This document shows positions 1 to 8,314 of a stretch of DNA of 60,558 bases, one piece after another (positions within the stretch are counted from its first letter, which is position 1; the number at the start of each line of letters is the position of its first letter). Position numbers and translations under genes: made by a program. The notes below the pieces were generated by a model, which was not told where the DNA came from, did not search any database, and worked only from the letters and a program-made list of their open reading frames with translations. This DNA is from a virus (taxonomy: Duplodnaviria; Caudoviricetes), in IMG/VR virus record IMGVR_UViG_3300023078_000002, positions 1 to 60,558 of that record; one strand, 5' to 3'.

Positions 1-231
1 CGAGAACAACATCTGCCGCACCAGCATGCACGCGAACACGACGCCGTTGGCCTTGCACGCACCCTCCGCATACCCCGCGAAGCTCTCGTCGATCTTCTCG
101 GTCGTTCCGCCGAGCGTCTGGTTCAGGTTGAACAGCGGGTACTGCATCCCGCCGAACTTCAAGAGCGTCTGGTAGTCGCCCATCGACAGCGGTGAACCCG
201 AGCGGGCAGCAAGCGACTGGAACAGCTTCAC
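1..231 (-). CDS. Phage portal protein, N-terminal part (continues at 60558 across the circular junction)
   Basis: Manual translation MKLFQSLAARSG...ANGVVFACMLVRQMLFS is exactly 77 codons and joins in frame with FQFRQRTNGRPGDLFG at the other end of the window; lies after TerL. Confidence 0.85.
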   Translation of the reverse strand, partial: MKLFQSLAARSGSPLSMGDYQTLLKFGGMQYPLFNLNQTLGGTTEKIDESFAGYAEGACKANGVVFACMLVRQMLFS

Positions 232-395
232 TACGCACCCCCGTTCGGCCGGCCGTCATCGATCACGAACAACCCGGCGAGCACGAGGCCGATGCCAGCG
301 GCGACGACGCCAGCGGGCAGATACACCAGGGCGAGACCGAGCGCGATAGTCGCCATGCCGAACAGGGCCACGAGAAGAGGGAGGTGATGCCTCAT
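231..395 (-). CDS. Small membrane protein between terminase and portal
   Basis: Not in the ORF track; MRHHLPLLVALFGMATIALGLALVYLPAGVVAAGIGLVLAGLFVIDDGRPNGGA (54 aa, two hydrophobic segments); start and stop overlap both neighbours. Confidence 0.7.
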   Translation of the reverse strand: MRHHLPLLVALFGMATIALGLALVYLPAGVVAAGIGLVLAGLFVIDDGRPNGGA

Positions 396-619
396 CGGTT
401 CTCCCGCTTTCCGATCGAGGGACTCATCGTCGCGGGATCTCGAAAGCCGGAAGGTCCACGATCGATGATGTCCGGCTGATCCTCCGCGCCCGCTCGCACG
501 AGAGCGTCCGCGCGACGCTCGAACTCCTCCAGGTCGATCGTGCCGTTCACGTACAGCCTGCGCGCGTGCTCCAGCCTGGTCGGCAATCGCCGGTTCCCAT
601 GAAGTGCGGCCATGCCCAT
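392..619 (-). CDS. Small protein with SHOCT-like motif
   Basis: RRLYVNGTIDLEEFERR resembles the SHOCT consensus; coupled to the TerL stop. Confidence 0.55.
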   Translation of the reverse strand: MGMAALHGNRRLPTRLEHARRLYVNGTIDLEEFERRADALVRAGAEDQPDIIDRGPSGFRDPATMSPSIGKRENR

Positions 620-2172
620 CAGCGACTGACCCAGCCGACCATCGGCACCAATGCAGATGGCGCCGCGGTCGCTGACCGGTGCACCATCGCCGCGGCGATC
701 AGCGCGTCGATCACGCGGCGGCGTTGGCCGGCCTGTGCGCGAGAGGTAGATGGTCGGTCAAAGCGCGTCCGGCCGTCCGGTAGCACCTTGGCTACGGCAT
801 TGAGGACGTGCTCGGTGAACTCCGGATCGCGGGGGTGGCTGATCCACCCGTTGCGCAAGGCCTCCATGAACTTCTCGTAGGCGTCGAACATCTCCGCTCC
901 CTGGCCGTGCTCGGTCGGCTCGACGCCGAGGTCGTCCCGCAGCCACGCCGCGATCTCCGCGGCACGGTCCGGGTCCATCACCACCTCAGCGATCGGGTTG
1001 CGCTTCTGTATTGCGCGGAACGCCGCCTTGATCGTCTCCGGCTCCAGGAACGACCCATCGCGCGGCGGGGTCAAGATGATCGGTGTCCCGAACATGCGGT
1101 GCTCGTCGTCCTTGACCCAGAGGGGCACGATCGCCGTCGTGTCGTGCTTCCACCCGAAGTCGACGCCGACCCACACCGGAACGCCCGCAGGGATCTCGGC
1201 GCTCGTGCCGAGCGCCGACCACTCTGACGCGTTGATCGCCGTCAGATCCGAGCGGACCGCCTGGTTGCACACGAAGCGCCGCCAATGCGTCTCGGTCATC
1301 GTCGGGCTGCTGCGCTTCTTCCGCAGCGACTCTTCGGTGATGGTCGACAGCGGGTTGGCCGCCTTCACCAGGGCAAGGTCTTCAACATCGCCGGTGCTCG
1401 GCACCGACCAGTCGTGAATGACGCTGTTCTCCCCGCGCGCCCTCGTGTGGCAGCCGTCGACGGTGACCTCGATGGCGTCGGCGATCGAGCGGGCGCGAGC
1501 GTCCTCGAACTCCGTGCCCGGCTCGCCGGCCGTCGACAGCAACCCGAGCTGGCCTCCGCGCTTGGCAAGCTTCCCGCGCCATGTCCTGACCAGCGCCAGG
1601 TTGCGCGCGCGGTGCGGCTCGTCGATCAGGCCGAGCGTCGGGATGACGCCGTCCCCGGTCCGGTCGTCAGCGGCGAAGACCTGCAACCTGCCGCCCGACC
1701 GCAAGCACTTGATCCGCCGGTAGCCCTCGAACACCTTGAACCGCGACTTGAAGCCATCGGACCGCTCGACGAACCCGGCGGCCTGGTTGAACAGCAGCCC
1801 GGCCTGATCGCGAGACGCTGCGGCGAGGAGTGCTTCGGCGGTCGGCGTGTAATCGCCGTGATACAGCGCAACGCCAGCCATCAAGGTGGTCTTGGCGTTG
1901 CCCTCCGGGATGACCACCCAGAACTCATCAACACCCGAGAAGACGTCGGCCACGATCTCAAGCTGGAACCCTTCCGGGTCCCAGGGTTCGCCGTTGTCCA
2001 ACACCATCAGGTTGGCGTAGCGACGGAAGTGGTCGACCGTGAACGGCTTGAGCGGCTTATGCGCTCCGCGCTTGGTCGATCCGCGTGACGTTGTCTGCGG
2101 CGTCGAGCGCGTCGAACGGGTCGGCCGGCTCGTCTTCGATGCTGGTGACAAAGCCCGCCGCCCTCCTCCCAC
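619..2172 (-). CDS. terL: Terminase large subunit (true start uncertain, likely ~2060 or ~2008)
   Basis: Walker A-like PEGNAKTT, Walker B GLIDEPH, coupling motif STAG, RNase H-like VGVDFG and C-terminal DALIAAAM; between TerS and portal. Confidence 0.93.
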   Translation of the reverse strand: MGGGRRALSPASKTSRPTRSTRSTPQTTSRGSTKRGAHKPLKPFTVDHFRRYANLMVLDNGEPWDPEGFQLEIVADVFSGVDEFWVVIPEGNAKTTLMAGVALYHGDYTPTAEALLAAASRDQAGLLFNQAAGFVERSDGFKSRFKVFEGYRRIKCLRSGGRLQVFAADDRTGDGVIPTLGLIDEPHRARNLALVRTWRGKLAKRGGQLGLLSTAGEPGTEFEDARARSIADAIEVTVDGCHTRARGENSVIHDWSVPSTGDVEDLALVKAANPLSTITEESLRKKRSSPTMTETHWRRFVCNQAVRSDLTAINASEWSALGTSAEIPAGVPVWVGVDFGWKHDTTAIVPLWVKDDEHRMFGTPIILTPPRDGSFLEPETIKAAFRAIQKRNPIAEVVMDPDRAAEIAAWLRDDLGVEPTEHGQGAEMFDAYEKFMEALRNGWISHPRDPEFTEHVLNAVAKVLPDGRTRFDRPSTSRAQAGQRRRVIDALIAAAMVHRSATAAPSALVPMVGWVSR

Positions 2173-2512
2173 GCGCCGTCAACAACAACTGGTCCGCCAA
2201 CGCGCTCGCTCGCTTCGTATGCCGATCCCACTGCGTCGGCAAACCCGACGCGATCTCACGAAGAACCGTCCACGCAATGTCCGGCAGATCATCAGCGCGG
2301 TCCGCGTATTCCTCCAGCGCCTCCAACCACCGAAAGCCCTTCCGCGCATCCTTCGCCGCGATCAAGGCATACACATACTCGTCAAGCAGCGGCTTCTGTT
2401 CCCACTCCCACGACCCCTGCTCTTTCAACGCCTTCAATGCCCCGCGCCACACCCCAAGCCAATGCGCGTCCAACCCCTCCGGAGGACGCTCCGCCGCAGG
2501 AACCGGAGCCAT
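2057..2512 (-). CDS. terS: Terminase small subunit
   Basis: Directly upstream of TerL; P27-like pattern (PPEGLD..W; LLDEYV; ADQLLLTARGRR); start MAPVPAAER chosen. Confidence 0.75.
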   Translation of the reverse strand: MAPVPAAERPPEGLDAHWLGVWRGALKALKEQGSWEWEQKPLLDEYVYALIAAKDARKGFRWLEALEEYADRADDLPDIAWTVLREIASGLPTQWDRHTKRASALADQLLLTARGRRAAGFVTSIEDEPADPFDALDAADNVTRIDQARSA

Positions 2513-2614
2513 CAGACCACCACGTACGGGCGCGCGCGAGATACGAAGCGCCAAGCCCAGAAATTCCCGAAACGGGTTTTCTTCGCGGCGAGTTGGGGCG
2601 GATACGGCGAGGGC

Positions 2615-3595
2615 CTATTGCTGACGGCTGAGGGTGGCCCCCCTCCCCTGTTCGAGGAGCAGGAGCTGTGCTGGTCCCGTTCGTCCGCGTTTGGCGTTGC
2701 AGAGGTGATGGGCCAGTGCCGTGTTTGCATGGGTGTGGTCGCCTCCGTCTGCGAGCGGTATGAGGTGGTCGAGGCTCCAGGTCGTGCGCGTGACTTGGCG
2801 CTTGCAGATGTGGCATCGCCAGCCATCGCGTTCGGCGATGGTCGCGAGGTTGATGGGCTCGCGTTTGGCAGCAGCGTGGATGCGCTTACTTCTGACTTGC
2901 TTGCCGCGTCGTCGTTGGCTGCGCTTGCTGCATTGTGTTGAGCAGTAGCGCGTGCCGATGCGGGTTGTCGTGAAGGAGGCGCGACACTCACGACATCGTC
3001 CGGCGATGAAGGGGCGGCGAGATTTGTCCGGCCTAGTGGTGCTAGCGCGACACGAGGGTGAGCAGTACTTGGGGCTGCTCTTGCGTTGGTGTTGCAGCAC
3101 CTGATCGCAGGCGGCACACCTTACGGGCGCCGGACCGAGAAGGACGGGGGTTGGTGTCGGCTGCCAGCCTGCGAGATGCTCGGCTGTTGCCTGAAGTCGT
3201 GCGCTGTCTCGGATAGCTTTGCGTCGCGCGTGGTTGCGCGCATTGCGTACTCGCTGCTTCTCGGGCGAGTACTTCGCTCGAGACTTACACCTGCTGCTGC
3301 AGTAGCGCTTGGGCGGACCGGGCTTTCTGACGGTCCCAAAGTCGCCCTGGCAAACAGGGCACTTCCGCCGTTCGACTACTACATACTGTTGGCGCTTACG
3401 CTTTCCCGCTCGGTCGTGCGCTGCCTCTAGCTTCTTGGCGCGGTTTCGACGGTAGTACTCACGGCCCTTGTTCTTGTCGCACGGGACGCAGATCGACGCT
3501 CTACCTGATGCCTTCGTGCAGTCCTTGACGAAGGCATCAATCGGCAGATCTTGCCGGCAGCGATAACAACGGCTGGTGCGAGTAGGGTTCTGCAT
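2615..3595 (-). CDS. HNH homing-type endonuclease with several CxxC/YCSxxC zinc-binding repeats
   Basis: C-terminal RDGWRCHIC...LDHLIPLADGGDHTHANTALAHHLCNAKRG; repeated CxxC...YCSxxC modules. Confidence 0.85.
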   Translation of the reverse strand: MQNPTRTSRCYRCRQDLPIDAFVKDCTKASGRASICVPCDKNKGREYYRRNRAKKLEAAHDRAGKRKRQQYVVVERRKCPVCQGDFGTVRKPGPPKRYCSSRCKSRAKYSPEKQRVRNARNHARRKAIRDSARLQATAEHLAGWQPTPTPVLLGPAPVRCAACDQVLQHQRKSSPKYCSPSCRASTTRPDKSRRPFIAGRCRECRASFTTTRIGTRYCSTQCSKRSQRRRGKQVRSKRIHAAAKREPINLATIAERDGWRCHICKRQVTRTTWSLDHLIPLADGGDHTHANTALAHHLCNAKRGRTGPAQLLLLEQGRGATLSRQQ

Positions 3596-3658
3596 GTCGA
3601 ACCTCCCGGGGTTCGGCCGTGCCCCGGAGCGTGTCAGCGCTGCCGGGGCGTTTACTCT

Positions 3659-3958
3659 TTAGGTGGCGTACCTGTCCGTCGTCTTGTCACAGGTCTTGCA
3701 GCGCGTGACCCCATTGCTCGGGTCGTAGCTGCCGCCTTGATGCAGCGGCACGATGTGACAGGCGCGCAGGTCGGTGGTGCTGCCACAGGCGCAGCGGTAG
3801 CCATCGCGCGCCTTCACTGCCCGCGCGAACCGGTTCTGAGCAGCGGCGTCGCGGTCGGGGTTGCGTGTGCCGGTTCCGCGTCCTGCTCCTGTGCCGCGGT
3901 GGGCTGGGCAGCGTGCTTGGTCTGATGGTGTGCCGCAGACCTTGCACGCTCGCCTCAT
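3659..3958 (-). CDS. Packaging-associated HNH endonuclease (HK97 gp74-like)
   Basis: 99 aa; RDGYRCACG...HIVPLHQGGSYDPSNGVTRCKTC; upstream of the terminase genes. Confidence 0.8.
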   Translation of the reverse strand: MRRACKVCGTPSDQARCPAHRGTGAGRGTGTRNPDRDAAAQNRFARAVKARDGYRCACGSTTDLRACHIVPLHQGGSYDPSNGVTRCKTCDKTTDRYAT

Positions 3959-4275
3959 GCGAACCTGGCTGCAAGCTCGGCGAGCGCTCCACGTAGGTCG
4001 GCACCTGTCGCCCTTATCGGCAGGTTGATGACCTTGACTGCTTGGTGTTCGTCGGTGGGCTTGGTGGGCCAGCCGGCTGGGAAGGTGCGGCGGACGATGC
4101 GGAGGGCAAGTGCGTCTTGGCAGCGGTGGATGCCGTCGGCGAAGTCGCGGAGTTCGTCGGGGTGTTGGCGTTCTAGGGTGGCGAAGGTGTTGAAGGCTTG
4201 GCAGAGCGCGTCCATGACGATGCCTTCGGTGTCGGTCAGTCCGTCGGCTCGGGTGATCTCGGATGGCTCGGTCAT
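3955..4275 (-). CDS. Hypothetical phage protein
   Basis: MTEPSEITRADG start overlaps the upstream stop (ATGA); part of a chain of coupled ORFs. Confidence 0.6.
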   Translation of the reverse strand: MTEPSEITRADGLTDTEGIVMDALCQAFNTFATLERQHPDELRDFADGIHRCQDALALRIVRRTFPAGWPTKPTDEHQAVKVINLPIRATGADLRGALAELAARFA

Positions 4276-4661
4276 GTGGTGCGTTCCGATAGTTCTGCGA
4301 GCGTTCGTTTGAGGATGACGTCGCCCAACGCTCCGAGGCTGGCGATCGTCTCCAGCCGCTCCCTCAAGAGCTTCACCGCGTCGGGGTCGAGGCCGTTGGC
4401 TTGTGCGACTTGGACGGCGAGGATCGACCAGCCACCGAGGTCCAAGCATTCCTCGCGGAGTTCTTCGAGGAGCTGGGGGACGGTGAGGTGGTCGGGCAGG
4501 TCGCGGCCGATGTCAGCGCCGTGAGCATCGACGCGCTTGAGCACGCGTCGTGTCCAGTCACCGGCCATGGGTCCTGCACCGATACGAGGGGTCCGTCTCC
4601 ATCCCATGTGCTCCGCGGTGAGGAGCATGCCGCGTTCGAGGATGCGATCCCGCTTGACCAT
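4272..4661 (-). CDS. Hypothetical phage protein
   Basis: 129 aa, coupled overlaps on both sides. Confidence 0.6.
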   Translation of the reverse strand: MVKRDRILERGMLLTAEHMGWRRTPRIGAGPMAGDWTRRVLKRVDAHGADIGRDLPDHLTVPQLLEELREECLDLGGWSILAVQVAQANGLDPDAVKLLRERLETIASLGALGDVILKRTLAELSERTT

Positions 4662-4873
4662 CAGGACAGAGAGAGCGTGGTGTGTTCGCGTTCGGCAGCG
4701 ATGACGTCCTGGTACTGCTTGAGCGCCTGCTGTGCCCGGTTGGCGTGCGGGATGCTGGAGTAGGAGTCGGCGTCGATGGCGGCGTCGATAGCGAACCGTG
4801 CCTGTCGTAGGAGTTCGCGGCGGACGGTGCTGTTACCGGCCGGGTCCGAAGGTCGCAGAGTTTGGGTGGTCAT
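4661..4873 (-). CDS. Hypothetical phage protein
   Basis: 70 aa, coupled overlaps. Confidence 0.55.
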   Translation of the reverse strand: MTTQTLRPSDPAGNSTVRRELLRQARFAIDAAIDADSYSSIPHANRAQQALKQYQDVIAAEREHTTLSLS

Positions 4874-5067
4874 CCGGCATGTCCCCAGTCTTCGATGCTG
4901 GCGATGTCTTCGGGATGACGCATCTCCCGGTCGATATGTGAGAGGCCGATCAGGAACGCCGCGCCGTCCGGGTTCTCGGTGACGAGCTGGACGGCTTCCT
5001 GGCGGGTGTGGGTGAAGCCACGGCTGTACAGCTCCAAGGCCAGGTCGTGCGGATCCCTGGCCGTCAT
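4870..5067 (-). CDS. Hypothetical phage protein
   Basis: MTARDPHDLALEL start; ATGA overlap downstream. Confidence 0.55.
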   Translation of the reverse strand: MTARDPHDLALELYSRGFTHTRQEAVQLVTENPDGAAFLIGLSHIDREMRHPEDIASIEDWGHAG

Positions 5068-5071
5068 AGTC

Positions 5072-5413
5072 CTAGGCGGCTTTGCGGGTCTTGAACGGGG
5101 ACGCGTTGCCCTCACCCAAACCACCACGCTGAGCCAGGAACGCGGTGGCGGCCTCACACTTCTTGCACCGGCAGAGCATCGTGTTCGAGCACGGCTCCGG
5201 CTCGGCGCCGGGGCCAGGGCCAGGGCCAGGGCCAGGGCCGGGGCCAGGGCCAGGGCCGGGGCCGGGGCCGGGGCCGACGACCGACAGCTTCACCGACGAC
5301 GGACGACACCGCTGCAGGGCGCGCTCGTAGGCGATCGGGTCGACCGCATGCACCGAGAGTCCGTCGCAATGGTCCGAGCACTGGCAGGTGACCGGGTCTT
5401 GGGGGCAGCCCAT
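5072..5413 (-). CDS. Cys-rich protein with (Gly-Pro)11 linker
   Basis: Two Cys clusters (CQCSDHC, CSNTMLCRCKKC) separated by a GP repeat; GGAGG RBS upstream. Confidence 0.6.
   Translation of the reverse strand: MGCPQDPVTCQCSDHCDGLSVHAVDPIAYERALQRCRPSSVKLSVVGPGPGPGPGPGPGPGPGPGPGPGAEPEPCSNTMLCRCKKCEAATAFLAQRGGLGEGNASPFKTRKAA
5211..5276 (+). repeat. Tandem hexamer repeat (GGGCCR)x11
   Basis: Eleven consecutive gggcca/gggccg units counted directly. Confidence 0.95.
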
Positions 5414-5454
5414 GCGCGCCTCCGCAGGAGTCGAAGGTAGAAGTGACCGCGCGT

Positions 5455-5528
5455 ACCGGGCGCCAGGAGTCGAACCTGGGACCTCCGACTTATCTGGTCG
5501 GCGCTCTTCCCATCTGAGCTACGCCCGG
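5455..5528 (-). tRNA. tRNA-Ile(GAU)-like, atypical (A33, U discriminator, no encoded CCA)
   Basis: Cloverleaf: acceptor CCGGGCG/CGCCCGG, D arm GCTC/GAGC, anticodon arm CCGAC-CAGATAA-GTCGG, T arm CCAGG-TTCGACT-CCTGG. Confidence 0.85.
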
Positions 5529-5780
5529 CGGCGGTCTTCGTGATGGCCGGTGATCACTTCCCCGTCGGTCGAAGCAACGGGCGGCCGAAGCTGGTTGTGA
5601 CCGGGCGGGCCGACTTAGGCCGCTGCGCGTGTGCGGGTGTCCCTCACTTCGAGGTACAGGCGGGATCCCGCCACGGTCACAAAGCCGGCCTCGCTTGCAG
5701 ACGAGGCCGGGCGGTGCTTGCGAACGGACGGAACGCAAGAACTATGCGCGGGCAGGGGACTGCCACACGACGGACACATC

Positions 5781-6071
5781 CTAACCCCTACGGGCGGCGG
5801 AATCGTTGACCTGCTCAACGAGGACGCGCTCACCGCCAACACAAGACCGGTCGATCCGCGCCAGTTGCTGGTCAGCCACATCGAGCAGGCGCTCAATCTC
5901 GGTGACCGTCTCCCACGGCTCCAGCGGCATCGTGTCGCCGCTGTGCTTGACCGGTGCCAGCACGTAGTCGTACAGGTACTGGCCGATAGCGGCGAGACGC
6001 TCGCGCTGGCGGTGGGTGACCTCGCGCGAGAAGCCCGGCTGCCCCGTGCCGCGATCGATGTACGAGGCCAT
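5781..6071 (-). CDS. Hypothetical phage protein
   Basis: 96 aa, TGATG overlap with the upstream regulator. Confidence 0.55.
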   Translation of the reverse strand: MASYIDRGTGQPGFSREVTHRQRERLAAIGQYLYDYVLAPVKHSGDTMPLEPWETVTEIERLLDVADQQLARIDRSCVGGERVLVEQVNDSAARRG

Positions 6072-6625
6072 CAGGCAGCCTTCTTGAGCCAGCGGGTGAC
6101 GGTCGTACGGTGCTCACCGAGTGCGAACGCGATCCGGGCTTCGCTCATCCCCAGCACGTGCTTCATGTGCCACGCCTTCTGCTCCCGGTCGACGTTGTCG
6201 ATCTCCAGGTCGTCGGTCTTGCGCCCGAGCGTGTCCAACGACTCAGCCTGCCGCAGCCGCCGCACGCGGGTGGGGGTGCAGTTGAACCGGCGGGCGACTT
6301 CGTCAGCCTCGAACCCCGCACCCTCCTTCAGGATGCGGGCGTCCTCCTGCTCGCGAGTCTCGCCCACGACCTGCGAACGGTCGACATGGCCGCGAGCCTC
6401 CCGCAGCTCCTTGTGCATCAGGTCGACCACCCGGGTCCGGCCAGCGTCGTCGTCCTGCTCCAAGTACTTGTCCCTGAGCGTGAGGTGTGGGGGACGGGAC
6501 TCGCCGAACGGCAACGCCGCCGGCTCTGAATGACCACCCGCCGGGTTCCACGACGCCGTAGACCCGTGGGAGATGAGCTCGAGCTGAGCAAGCAGAGACC
6601 GCACCGACGCGGGGATCAAGGTCAT
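6071..6625 (-). CDS. Putative late-gene transcriptional regulator with two HTH motifs
   Basis: ADEVARRFNCTPTRVRRLR and SEARIAFALGEHRTTVTRWL; located just upstream of the tRNA/HNH/terminase block. Confidence 0.65.
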   Translation of the reverse strand: MTLIPASVRSLLAQLELISHGSTASWNPAGGHSEPAALPFGESRPPHLTLRDKYLEQDDDAGRTRVVDLMHKELREARGHVDRSQVVGETREQEDARILKEGAGFEADEVARRFNCTPTRVRRLRQAESLDTLGRKTDDLEIDNVDREQKAWHMKHVLGMSEARIAFALGEHRTTVTRWLKKAA

Positions 6626-6846
6626 GACGTTGCCTCCGACAAGGGCGGGTTCTGGAGGATGAGGTCGACCGTGCCGTCCTTCTGGCGCTCGGTGCGCAAC
6701 ACCACGACGGGCTCGCTGCCATCGGTCAACCGGTCGATGACCTCGGTCGACATGCGCACCAGCTCGACGCCGGGCACCATCTCGGCGCGGCGACCGGGCG
6801 AGATCGGGGCGCGGCAGTGCGGGCACAGGTCGAGCCGCCCGGTCAT
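6622..6846 (-). CDS. Hypothetical protein (CxxC)
   Basis: MTGRLDLCPHC; ATGA overlaps on both sides. Confidence 0.55.
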   Translation of the reverse strand: MTGRLDLCPHCRAPISPGRRAEMVPGVELVRMSTEVIDRLTDGSEPVVVLRTERQKDGTVDLILQNPPLSEATS

Positions 6847-7097
6847 CGGCGTACCTCGACCGATGGGACGTCCACGACGTCCGCCCACTCCAACGCCGTA
6901 TGGGCGAGTTCGCGTAGTCGCTCAGCCGTCTGCTTACGGCCACGTGCGTGAGCGACCCGGCGCACCGCCACGGCCACATCGTGCTTGGACGCGAATGACG
7001 GCTCGAAGTAGTCGCTCGGCCGGCCCGAAGACGGGGTCGGTGCTGTGGACGGAGGGCGCTCGCGCTCCCGGCCACCATGAGTACGTTCGCTCACCAT
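6843..7097 (-). CDS. Hypothetical phage protein
   Basis: 84 aa; TACCGT -10-like hexamer 7 nt upstream of ATG (leaderless-type spacing). Confidence 0.5.
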   Translation of the reverse strand: MVSERTHGGRERERPPSTAPTPSSGRPSDYFEPSFASKHDVAVAVRRVAHARGRKQTAERLRELAHTALEWADVVDVPSVEVRR

Positions 7098-7143
7098 GAG
7101 CGGGACGGTAGACGCTACGTCCGGACAGAAAGCCGGGGGCGAT

Positions 7144-7512
7144 CTAGTCGAAGATGCTGTTCTCCGCGCAAGAGATCCGGCCGCGCAACAGAACCTCGTG
7201 ACGGCCGGTCGTCGCCGATTCTGTCACCTGGTAGATCCCACGACAGAATGCCGTCGACCCATCGTCGTAGGACGTGTACTCGGCCTCGCCCGTGCACTTC
7301 ACGCGCATGTACGTAATCCTGCGGCAGCGCCCGACCCTGGTCCGCTCGTACGCATAGTCCGTGAGATCGCCGACCTGGCGATTGTGCTCCCGGATGGACG
7401 CAACGGCCTCCCCGACATACAGATGGCCCGGACTCCGGTTCGCGGCATACGCCGCAGTTGGGAGTGCCACCGCGCAAGTCGTCGTTAGCGCGATGAGAAG
7501 TCGTGAGCGCAT
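7144..7512 (-). CDS. Secreted protein (accessory)
   Basis: Signal peptide MRSRLLIALTTTCAVALPTAAYA; four Cys in the mature part; TAGTTT 6 nt upstream of ATG. Confidence 0.7.
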   Translation of the reverse strand: MRSRLLIALTTTCAVALPTAAYAANRSPGHLYVGEAVASIREHNRQVGDLTDYAYERTRVGRCRRITYMRVKCTGEAEYTSYDDGSTAFCRGIYQVTESATTGRHEVLLRGRISCAENSIFD

Positions 7513-7567
7513 CGCGCGAAACTACACGAGCCACAACGCGACGTACTGGACGTTTGGCGGCAGCGGC

Positions 7568-8314
7568 CTATCCGCCGTCGTCGGTCTCGACCAACTCGCG
7601 GCGGGCGTGGAGCTGGTCGACCTTCGCGGTAAGCGCAGCGACCTGATCGGCGAGACGCCGGATCTCGTCGTTCTCCGCCCGTGTCGCCCGGGTGAACCGG
7701 TTCGCAGCCGCTGCGGTCAGGATCGCCACGAAGCCGATACCGACGCCCATCAACCCGATCGCGATCACTCGGCCGGCGTCGGTGTGCGGATAGCTGTCGC
7801 CGTAGCCGACCGTGGTCACGGTCGTGATCGCCCACCACACGCCGTCCCACGTCGACAGGTGCTGCCCGGTCTCCACGGCGCTGTAGGCCGCGCCGCCGGC
7901 GAGCACCGAGAACGCGGCGAGGATCGCGACGTCGCGGATGCCCTCCGTGGTCAGAAGGCGACGCAAGATCGTGGCGGCCTTGAACAGGCGGGCGACCCTG
8001 AGCAGACGGAATACGCGTGCGGCTTGCAACGCACCGGGGGCGACCGGAGGCGTCAAGACGACGATCGCAACGTCCAACGGGTGGGAGCGCAGCCACTGAC
8101 GTCGGCTCTGCGCTCGACGAAGTTCGATGACGAGTTCGGCGGCGAAGATCAGCCAGATCCCGATGTTCAGGCCGAGAGCGACCGTTGCCCACGGTCCATG
8201 GTCGGCGCTCTCCTCGATGACGAGGGCAGGCACGGTCAGCAGCGACGCTGCTAGTACCAGGGCTTCAAGGGAGCGCCAGGACGGAAAGGTCGGAACGGGA
8301 CTGGGCGGGTCGAT
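7568..8314 (-). CDS. Potassium channel, KvAP/KcsA-like with voltage-sensor-like domain (start uncertain: ATC 8314 or GTG 8233)
   Basis: Selectivity filter TVTTVGYGD, pore helix WDGVWWAITT, S4-like RVFRLLRVARLFK, C-terminal coiled coil. Confidence 0.92.
   Translation of the reverse strand: MDPPSPVPTFPSWRSLEALVLAASLLTVPALVIEESADHGPWATVALGLNIGIWLIFAAELVIELRRAQSRRQWLRSHPLDVAIVVLTPPVAPGALQAARVFRLLRVARLFKAATILRRLLTTEGIRDVAILAAFSVLAGGAAYSAVETGQHLSTWDGVWWAITTVTTVGYGDSYPHTDAGRVIAIGLMGVGIGFVAILTAAAANRFTRATRAENDEIRRLADQVAALTAKVDQLHARRELVETDDGG

Noticed and set aside
5211-5276. Possible CRISPR array
   Set aside because: Uninterrupted 6-bp microsatellite with no spacers; no cas genes or repeat-spacer arrays seen in the window
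7080-7143. Invertase-driven inversion endpoints paired with ~36.8 kb
   Set aside because: No inverted repeats shared by the two junctions and no serine recombinase
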